From sequence record DRR723986_5313: 37,877 bases of DNA; one strand, given 5' to 3'. The notes beneath the pieces were generated by a model that had not been told where the DNA came from, made no database searches, and saw only the letters and a program-made list of their open reading frames with translations. The position numbers and the translations under genes were made by a program. Of the stretch, positions 31,469 through 37,877 are shown one piece after another. Positions within the stretch are counted from its first letter, which is position 1; each line of letters begins with the position of its first letter.

Positions 31469-32412
31469 GTTGGGGCCTGCCATTCCATATAATAGTTTGA
31501 CCGTTCATAAGGGCTTTCAACGGGGTTTGGTTTTTCGATAAAGCCCAATTTCCAATATAACTTGATCGCCGGTTCCAGCACGGTGGATGTTTCCAAAAAC
31601 AAGGTTTTGCCGCCACGTGCCTGAAAGCGGTCAATCACGCGTTCACAAAGGGCTTTGCCCATACCGCCTTTTTGCACGGCGGGGTCAACACCTAGCTTGG
31701 TCAGTTCAAACACACCGTCCCGGGTGCGTTTCATGGCAATTGCACCAACAGCTTTGCCGCCGCTAATGGCAAAGAATATCTCACCGCCTTTGGCAAGAAT
31801 TTCGCCTTCCGGGTTACTAAGTACACGCTCATCGATCGGCTCTACTTTGAAATACTCGCGCAGCCACCAAACGTTAAGGTCATAAAAGGCTTGCCGCCAG
31901 CAGTCATGATAGCCTTCAATTGTGAAGCTGGGGCAGGGCGCGCCCACCAGCTTTTCCTGAAGGCGGTCATATACGCTGCAGCGATGAAAGGCGGCTTCAA
32001 CGCCCGCGATGGCATCAATGATATTCACGCCTGTCTCTTCGCATGCGTCTTTCACCATGCTCTCGGCGGCGTCCCATATGGGGCGCATGCGAGCCACGGT
32101 TTGTGTGCCGTGTTTAGTAAGGGCAATCGCCTTTTGCCGACCGTCTTCTGTGGCACGCGTTTCTATAACACCGGTTGCCACCAGTTTTTTAATGGTTTGA
32201 CTAACCGCTGAGTGGGAAAACCCGGCCAGATTGGCGATGGCATTAATGGTAAGCGGGCCGCGCTCAGCCACGGCATAAAGCGCGTAAAAATGCCCGGTGC
32301 GCACACCAATGCCTGCCTCGCTATATACCCGTTCCATGTCGGTTGAAATGGTTTCAATCAGCCGGCGCATTCGGGTGCCAAGGCCCAATTCGAAATAAAG
32401 CTCATTTTCCAT
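31465..32412 (-). CDS. Bifunctional MarR-type HTH / GNAT acetyltransferase
   Basis: N-terminal winged HTH (SHSAVSQTIKKL...EDGRQKAIALT) and C-terminal GNAT (ELTKLGVDPAVQKGGMG). Start ATG 32412. Confidence 0.9.
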   Translation of the reverse strand: MENELYFELGLGTRMRRLIETISTDMERVYSEAGIGVRTGHFYALYAVAERGPLTINAIANLAGFSHSAVSQTIKKLVATGVIETRATEDGRQKAIALTKHGTQTVARMRPIWDAAESMVKDACEETGVNIIDAIAGVEAAFHRCSVYDRLQEKLVGAPCPSFTIEGYHDCWRQAFYDLNVWWLREYFKVEPIDERVLSNPEGEILAKGGEIFFAISGGKAVGAIAMKRTRDGVFELTKLGVDPAVQKGGMGKALCERVIDRFQARGGKTLFLETSTVLEPAIKLYWKLGFIEKPNPVESPYERSNYYMEWQAPT

Positions 32413-32444
32413 TATGCTGCCTCGCCCTCTCATTAATGCAGTTA

Positions 32445-32472
32445 ATTATATAAGTACTTATATAATCGTCAA
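32445..32472 (-). promoter_or_regulatory. Perfect 22-bp palindromic operator overlapping a sigma70 promoter of the MarR-GNAT gene
   Basis: ATTATATAAGT|ACTTATATAAT at 32445-32466. Minus-strand TTGACG (32472-32467), 16 bp spacer, TATAAT (32450-32445). Confidence 0.75.
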
Positions 32473-32596
32473 GAGAAGAAGCGCGCAACACTATTGATGG
32501 GATAAGGAGGGTTGAACGAGAGAGTGAAACAGGGGCGGGGTTTACAGGGCGCCGCCTTCGGCAGGAATGATAGCGAGGGCTGAAGGCGTTATGTTT

Positions 32597-33139
32597 TTAG
32601 TCGATTTCCTCAGTGGCATAAACGCCCCACACATGGCGGCGTTCAACCCAGGCAGAATCGCCGCCAATGACCACTTCGCACCATAAGCCTTCACATTGTT
32701 CAATTTCGCCGATCACGCCGGGTTCTGCGATTATGGAAACAGGTGCGGTCATCTCGGGTTCCGTGTGCAGGTTGCGGGTTTTGCCTCTAATCATAACGGT
32801 GCGCCTGCCGTACAACAGCGACACCAGCATCCAGCCTTCGGTGCCTTCATGGTCGCGTACTTTGCGCCAGGCGCCGTGCTCGTCAATAATTTCCAGCGGC
32901 AGGCCCCGCTTTAGATACACCCACGCCACCGGATACTGCCGCCCCGGCCCGGTGCGCAGGTTGGCCTTTGATGCGCTCATGGCAACGAATCGGGGCAAGG
33001 GGTTGCCGCTTGGCCCCACTGTTTGGCCCGCGCTTTGCCCGTTTGCTTGCGCGGTTACAGCCGCACTGCCTGCACCAAACACCAGCGCCGCAAGCGCTAA
33101 AAACACCATAACGCCTTGTTTTAGAGGATATCCCGTCAC
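32597..33139 (-). CDS. Exported tandem bacterial SH3 (SH3_4) domain protein
   Basis: Signal peptide, PLPRFV, NLRTGPG and WRKVRDHEGTEGW; divergent from the 2-hydroxyacid dehydrogenase as in many alphaproteobacteria. Confidence 0.87.
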   Translation of the reverse strand: MTGYPLKQGVMVFLALAALVFGAGSAAVTAQANGQSAGQTVGPSGNPLPRFVAMSASKANLRTGPGRQYPVAWVYLKRGLPLEIIDEHGAWRKVRDHEGTEGWMLVSLLYGRRTVMIRGKTRNLHTEPEMTAPVSIIAEPGVIGEIEQCEGLWCEVVIGGDSAWVERRHVWGVYATEEID

Positions 33140-33279
33140 TGCAATGTTTCCTTTGTCATCGGCTTAAGGCCAGCATCTGTTTATCGTGGTTTGAAACGCC
33201 CGTTGCCTTCTGCTAGACAACGCTCTTGTTTACAAACAACCGCCTGCATCGCGGGTGCAAGAAAAGGGTATTTTTTGGC

Positions 33280-34272
33280 ATGAGTCAAATGGGAAACAAA
33301 AACCGGCCCAAGGTTATTGTCACGCGTAAATTACCCGACAGTATCGAAACCCGCATGGCCGAACTGTTTGACGTAAAGCTGAACCTGTCCGACACACCCA
33401 TGAACGCGGATGCCCTGAAGGCTGCGGTGGCGGAGGCCGACGTGCTTGTGCCCACCGTGACAGACACCATTGATGCCGATGTGCTATCAGCAGCGGGCGA
33501 GGGCCTTACCCTCATCGCCAATTTCGGCGCGGGCGTGAACCATATTGACCTGAAGGCCGCTACCGAGCGCGGCATTAAGGTAACCAACACCCCCGGTGTA
33601 CTCACGGAAGACACCGCTGACCTCACCATGGCGCTTTTGCTGAGCGTGCCGCGCCGCCTGTTTGAGGGCGAGAAAATTCTGCGTGCCGGTGAATGGACCG
33701 GCTGGACCCCCACTTTCCTGATGGGCAGCCGCATAGAAGGCAAACGCCTTGGCATCATTGGCATGGGCCGCATTGGCCGCGCGGTGGCGCGCCGGGCGCG
33801 GGCCTTTAACATGGCAGTGCATTACCATAACCGCACCCAGTTGCCCGCCGACGTAGAGGCCGAGCTTGGCGCCACTTACTGGGAAGACCTGGACCAAATG
33901 CTGGCCCGCATGGACATTGTCTCGGTCAACTGCCCGCTAACGGCAGAAACGAATCGCCTGCTGGACCGCACGCGCCTGAAAAAGCTGCAGCCCCATGCGG
34001 TTATCATCAACACCGCCCGCGGTGAAATTATTGACGAGGAAGCCCTGGCTGACCTTATTGAGGTGGGCCGCATTGCCGGTGCCGGGCTTGATGTGTTTGA
34101 GGCCGAACCCACCATAAACCCCAAACTGCTTGAGCTGGACAATGTTGTGCTGTTGCCCCACATGGGCAGCGCCACGCGCGAGGCCCGCACCGCCATGGGC
34201 GAAAAAGTGCTGATCAACATTCAGGCTTACGCTGACGGCCACCGCCCCCCCGACCGGGTTTTACCCATTTAG
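33280..34272 (+). CDS. D-2-hydroxyacid dehydrogenase (glyoxylate/D-glycerate reductase family)
   Basis: VTNTPGVL, GIIGMGRIG Rossmann motif, NTARG, LDVFE and LPHMGS. Start is 33280 or 33289. Confidence 0.93.
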   Translation: MSQMGNKNRPKVIVTRKLPDSIETRMAELFDVKLNLSDTPMNADALKAAVAEADVLVPTVTDTIDADVLSAAGEGLTLIANFGAGVNHIDLKAATERGIKVTNTPGVLTEDTADLTMALLLSVPRRLFEGEKILRAGEWTGWTPTFLMGSRIEGKRLGIIGMGRIGRAVARRARAFNMAVHYHNRTQLPADVEAELGATYWEDLDQMLARMDIVSVNCPLTAETNRLLDRTRLKKLQPHAVIINTARGEIIDEEALADLIEVGRIAGAGLDVFEAEPTINPKLLELDNVVLLPHMGSATREARTAMGEKVLINIQAYADGHRPPDRVLPI

Positions 34273-34400
34273 CACCACGCCACCGTCTCAAACTTGTGGT
34301 TTTGCGCACAAATATTTGGCCTTGATGGCCTCGGCCTACTTTTGTTATGCTATATCATTGAAATAACCATAACAGCGAAACACGACCGAGGGGACCCACA

Positions 34401-34979
34401 ATGAAACACGCCTTAAAATTGCCGGCAGCCGTTGCAGCCCTATGCGCCGCCCTATGCACCACAAGCCTGTCGGCAACAGCCCAAAACAGCGAGGCACCCG
34501 CAGCCCAAAAGTCCACCCAAGACCTGCACCGTTTCATCGGCAAGTGGCAATTTGTTGACGAAGCCACCGAACTTGCCGGTTTCACCTACCGCGAAGAAGG
34601 CATAACCGAATGCCGCTATGCGCTAGACAATGCCTATATCCGCTGCGACAGCGTCGGTACCTACAACGGCAAAAGCCGCACCTATGTGGACTATTTGAAT
34701 TACAATTCCATCACGGGAAATTATGACCGCGTGGGCATGTTCGCGAACCACCCGGAAAAGGCAACCTTCACCATGAAGCTCGGGGACGGTGGCCGCACCG
34801 TAGAGCTCACCGGCACCCCCATGCAGCAGCGCGATGGCAGCGTGACCAAAAACCGCGCGGTGATAACCTTCACCGACGATGACACCTATGTTTGGGAAAC
34901 CCGGGTCAACAAATCAACCGAGCCCGCCGACAGCTGGCCGCTGCGCTTCATCGGCACCTATAAGAAGGTGAGTGATTAG
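34401..34979 (+). CDS. Exported beta-rich protein, DUF1579-like
   Basis: Signal peptide, 'LHRFIGKW' and 'CRYALDNAYI'; GAGGG SD. The family assignment is by resemblance only. Confidence 0.55.
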   Translation: MKHALKLPAAVAALCAALCTTSLSATAQNSEAPAAQKSTQDLHRFIGKWQFVDEATELAGFTYREEGITECRYALDNAYIRCDSVGTYNGKSRTYVDYLNYNSITGNYDRVGMFANHPEKATFTMKLGDGGRTVELTGTPMQQRDGSVTKNRAVITFTDDDTYVWETRVNKSTEPADSWPLRFIGTYKKVSD

Positions 34980-35157
34980 TCGCCAGATTCTGCTTCTACT
35001 TGTTGCAGCTTATGGGTTCATCAATTCAACCGGCCGTGAGCACAGAGATCAGCACCGCAACCCCGCCCACAACCACTTTGTTGGCATACAAACAGTTTAG
35101 AAGCTTATCGTCCATGACCGTTCTCCCTGTATGAATGTGGTTCTCTCAATGCTTAAC

Positions 35158-36336
35158 TCACGCTTTTTTGTGATTCAAAATGCTCTTAAGGTCAGATGTG
35201 ATGAATTCATCAAATGTTATCTTGTGATACCTAACATTGTTGGCAAGGCAGTCATAATTTCTTTTGGTTTCATCATCTATCATTGGGTTAACAACAATTA
35301 GCTCTACGTTTTGTGTAATATTTTGTTTTATGAGAGCTTTAATATGCACATCAGCTTCGGGAAATGAATAACCAATAAATACTATCTTTTTTGCGGTTCG
35401 AATTTCGCATGAAGCCTCTTTTACTAATGTGTTTAGGGCGGGATGAGATAGTTTTTTTATATGCGAGGGCGGAAGTATAAACGTTTCGAATTGGCTACCA
35501 TCTATGGGGCAAGTAAGGTCGGTTTGAGCGTTTTCATCCCACAGAATGTCACGATAAACAGAAGTTTTGAAACTCATTGAGCTTAAGTCAATGTTATTGT
35601 TCCATGGAGTTAGCAATACCTGATTACAGCAATTGCAATACTTCCAATTTAGAGAGCCATGAATTTTGATAACCTTTATTGGCAAGGGCGTGCTATCCCC
35701 CCAAACTGGAACTGGCTTCCTGGGATCGATCCACCAATTGAAGGCATCTAACTCACTAAGATGCCGATAGTTCATAAAGTCTAAGCAGTAATCCATGTAT
35801 GCACGATGAGGAAATAGACAATCAAAAGCTTCATCAAGGTACGTGTCATAGTTCATTGTTATTACTGAAATATTTCTGTTTTCTGAATATATTTTATCCC
35901 AGAATCGTCGATAGGTCGCACTTTTATTTTCGGCTGTGTGACCAATAGCATAATGAATAGCTTGGATTAGTGTGGTTCTGATTTTGCTTAGTTTATTCGT
36001 ATCGAGTCCCGCGCCTAAACTTTCGCCTCTTGTAATAAAATAATCCAAGTAGCCAAAGACGGATTCTAAGGTGGGGTATTTCCCTTTTGAAATGCCAAAA
36101 TTAGTTTCAATAAACAACTTAGCCTCGGCGATAGCCTCTGAGGAGGCTATATTCTTGTCCTTAGTTTGAAATAGTTTCCCTAGAATGTCAGCTTGGAGCA
36201 ACGCGCCATCGGCAGCAGATGCACCCGCTCCCAATATGAACAAAACATCTCTTTCGTTTTCATAGTGGATAAATTTATCAGCATACTCTTGCATATTGGT
36301 TCCACTTTCATTTCGAAAGGTTGTATTTTGGCTCAT
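35158..36336 (-). CDS. SIR2-family protein (putative NAD+-consuming effector) with Zn-ribbon-like insert
   Basis: ILGAGASAADG, ITMNYD, IKIHGSLNW, CNCC...CPID and FIGYSFPEAD. Alternative start ATG 36294. Confidence 0.85.
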   Translation of the reverse strand: MSQNTTFRNESGTNMQEYADKFIHYENERDVLFILGAGASAADGALLQADILGKLFQTKDKNIASSEAIAEAKLFIETNFGISKGKYPTLESVFGYLDYFITRGESLGAGLDTNKLSKIRTTLIQAIHYAIGHTAENKSATYRRFWDKIYSENRNISVITMNYDTYLDEAFDCLFPHRAYMDYCLDFMNYRHLSELDAFNWWIDPRKPVPVWGDSTPLPIKVIKIHGSLNWKYCNCCNQVLLTPWNNNIDLSSMSFKTSVYRDILWDENAQTDLTCPIDGSQFETFILPPSHIKKLSHPALNTLVKEASCEIRTAKKIVFIGYSFPEADVHIKALIKQNITQNVELIVVNPMIDDETKRNYDCLANNVRYHKITFDEFITSDLKSILNHKKA

Positions 36337-36364
36337 GGCTATGGTCGGGCTATGACGTTACTCG

Positions 36365-37036
36365 TTATATTTTTGTTGCCGTAATATTGAGATTGCATTG
36401 TCTAATGAAGCTGCCCCAATTTTTGTAGCAGCGGATTGAAGCTTTTTTTATTGGCGGCGCATTCTCAGTTTCGGACAATTTTCTGATAAGAAGCGACATT
36501 GATTGATTGGTTTTTTGAATCACCTCATAGCGTTTCATGCTTGGAATTAAGTGTGGATCTACGAAACCTCTCATCAACAGTTTATCCATTCGTTTCCGAG
36601 TATCGGCCCAAAACCGTCGCATACGGTCATTCTTAGGTTCAACGATTGATGTATCGAAGTCGTCAGACCATTTGATAAAATCTTCTTTCATCCTCAAAAA
36701 TAGCGTTTCCGAAATAATGAATAAATCTAAATCCGAATTCTCGCTAAACTTTGCGCCAAATTTGGCAGGTGCGAGGGATTGCCCTAGTCGGGCACTGCCG
36801 CTTAGGCTGATTTCCTTTGGATCCACATCCAGTCTAATGGAGAGCCAAAGTCTTATTGCGTCATATAATCCGGGGTTTTGTTTAAAGGCGAAAGGTATTC
36901 CTTCTGAAAGCCATTGTCTAGCAATAGCAGACGTTGCTTGCTCGCCTCCGTTATGGCACGCCTCTAAAATTGAGTGGGCGCCAGGGTAGGGGTCGGTTAA
37001 GCCATTCAAGGCCTTGCTGACATTAAATCCGGCCAT
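36365..37036 (-). CDS. Pol-beta-superfamily nucleotidyltransferase
   Basis: hSGSARLG...SDLDLhhhS (GS + DxD) signature; candidate third Asp in GFVDPH; 223 aa. Confidence 0.75.
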   Translation of the reverse strand: MAGFNVSKALNGLTDPYPGAHSILEACHNGGEQATSAIARQWLSEGIPFAFKQNPGLYDAIRLWLSIRLDVDPKEISLSGSARLGQSLAPAKFGAKFSENSDLDLFIISETLFLRMKEDFIKWSDDFDTSIVEPKNDRMRRFWADTRKRMDKLLMRGFVDPHLIPSMKRYEVIQKTNQSMSLLIRKLSETENAPPIKKASIRCYKNWGSFIRQCNLNITATKI

Positions 37037-37601
37037 ACTTATCGCCTATTTTTAGTTTGCTGTATCTGTTTAAAATGTGGCGCGTACGGACTTTAATTAG
37101 ATTTGCTTTTCTCTCCGAATTTGCTTTGGGTTCTGGATATTTTAGTCGGGCTATTAGACTGGCCATTTGTTCTGGTGAAAGATGCTTAATATCTAATTTG
37201 AGTTTGAGGCACGCTTGTTCAATTCCAATCATATTCCAGCCGAAATATGCGACGGAAAGGTAGGAGGTCAATATCTCGTATCGTGAAACAAAATTATTTA
37301 ACCGTAAGGCTAAGAAGATTTCTTTAGTTTTTCTCGTAAGAGTGAGTTCGTAATTGTTACTCAGAACTCGCACGAGCTGCATTGGTACGGTTGATCCCCC
37401 CTCTCTCTTGCCTTTGAAAAAGGTTTTCCATGATGCTCTAATAAGAGCGATCAGGTCTACGCCGTTGTGACGATGAAAACGGTGATCCTCTGCGGCAATT
37501 AGTAGCCCATATAGCTGTAACGGAATTTGATTGGGGGGAATCCCTTTGGTTTTGAGTTCATGCAGCTTGCCTGCAATACTTTCCCATTCGTGATCATACA
37601 T
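37023..37601 (-). CDS. Stand-alone GT51 (peptidoglycan transglycosylase-like) domain protein without membrane anchor
   Basis: AEDHRFHRHNGVD, GGSTVPMQLVR, RKTKE, YEILTSYLSVAYFG and LSPEQMASL align motif-by-motif with the GT domain of the PBP1A at 656-2614. Confidence 0.8.
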   Translation of the reverse strand: MYDHEWESIAGKLHELKTKGIPPNQIPLQLYGLLIAAEDHRFHRHNGVDLIALIRASWKTFFKGKREGGSTVPMQLVRVLSNNYELTLTRKTKEIFLALRLNNFVSRYEILTSYLSVAYFGWNMIGIEQACLKLKLDIKHLSPEQMASLIARLKYPEPKANSERKANLIKVRTRHILNRYSKLKIGDKYGRI

Positions 37602-37775
37602 ATTTCAGGTGCCAACATTTGATTTGATTTGAGCATACAGCGTAATGCATACGTTATGTTTTAGGCAACATAGATCGTGAAGCATGTATTTTTGCTTTTT
37701 ATATCTTGACGTAACTCAAAATCACCAATTCAACGTCTCACTCATCTCTCATTCACACTGCTATTCACCAAGGGC

Positions 37776-37804
37776 TTGCTCCCCCCTGCATTTGCCTGTA
37801 AATA
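37776..37804 (+). promoter_or_regulatory. Putative sigma70 promoter of lepA
   Basis: TTGCTC (37776-37781), 17 bp spacer, TAAATA (37799-37804); the ATG is 7 nt downstream. Confidence 0.55.
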
Positions 37805-37811
37805 GCCGCTC

Positions 37812-37877
37812 ATGACAGACCTGAAACATATTCGCAATTTCTCGATCATTGCCCACATCGACCACGGTAAATCCACG
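37812..37877 (+). CDS. lepA: Elongation factor 4 (LepA), 5' fragment truncated by window end
   Basis: Translates as MTDLKHIRNFSIIAHIDHGKST, the canonical LepA N-terminus/G1 box. It is missing from the ORF track. Confidence 0.93.
   Translation, partial: MTDLKHIRNFSIIAHIDHGKST

Larger units (their letters stand above)
35158..37601 (-). other. AT-rich three-gene accessory islet (GT51-like + nucleotidyltransferase + SIR2), candidate defence operon
   Basis: Co-oriented genes with a 14-bp overlap and a 28-bp gap. Hand-counted G+C is 18/60, 26/60 and 20/60 in sampled lines (35281, 36001, 37261), versus 28-40/60 in sampled lines of pnp and the dehydrogenase. Confidence 0.7.

Noticed and set aside
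35100-35160. GTTAAGC (GTTRRRY) right after the SIR2 stop as an integron attC core
   Set aside because: There is no matching RYYYAAC inverse core at the expected position, no attC hairpin and no integrase.
35158-37036. Calling the islet CBASS, Thoeris or SIR2-HerA
   Set aside because: No TIR, SLOG/Macro, SAVED, HerA or Cap2/3 features are visible, and the NTase is shorter than typical CD-NTases.
35077-37617. 8-bp inverted match flanking the islet (TGTTGGCA at 35079-35086 / TGCCAACA at 37610-37617) as transposon ends
   Set aside because: It is too short to exceed chance, with no transposase and no target-site duplication.
1-37877. tRNA, rRNA, CRISPR array, IS or prophage genes
   Set aside because: No such signatures were seen in the intergenic regions or ORFs by eye. 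A tRNAscan/Infernal run would be needed to exclude small RNAs.

Overview
This is a chromosomal segment from an alphaproteobacterium with moderate GC (about 50% by eye). Gene order and sequence style suggest a marine Kordiimonadales/Sphingomonadales-like lineage (inference only). Most of the window is conserved housekeeping: M48 peptidase, PBP1A, nfuA, rutE-like nitroreductase, tsaB-rimI, fur-plsC/olsA-miaB-phoH-ybeY-corC-lnt-trmB, rimP-nusA-ylxR-infB-rbfA-truB-rpsO-pnp, an NMO-family flavoprotein, SH3/2-hydroxyacid dehydrogenase and the 5' end of lepA. Small accessory patches lie at about 4.2-6.6 kb and 28.7-32.5 kb. The most interesting element is an AT-rich, minus-strand three-gene operon just upstream of lepA (35158-37601). 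It encodes an anchorless stand-alone GT51 peptidoglycan-transglycosylase-like domain, a translationally coupled Pol-beta-superfamily nucleotidyltransferase and a SIR2-family (putative NADase) protein. This combination matches no defence system I recognise and is a candidate undescribed anti-phage/conflict system. I saw no rRNA, tRNA, CRISPR array, transposase or integrase. All calls are motif-based, without database searches.
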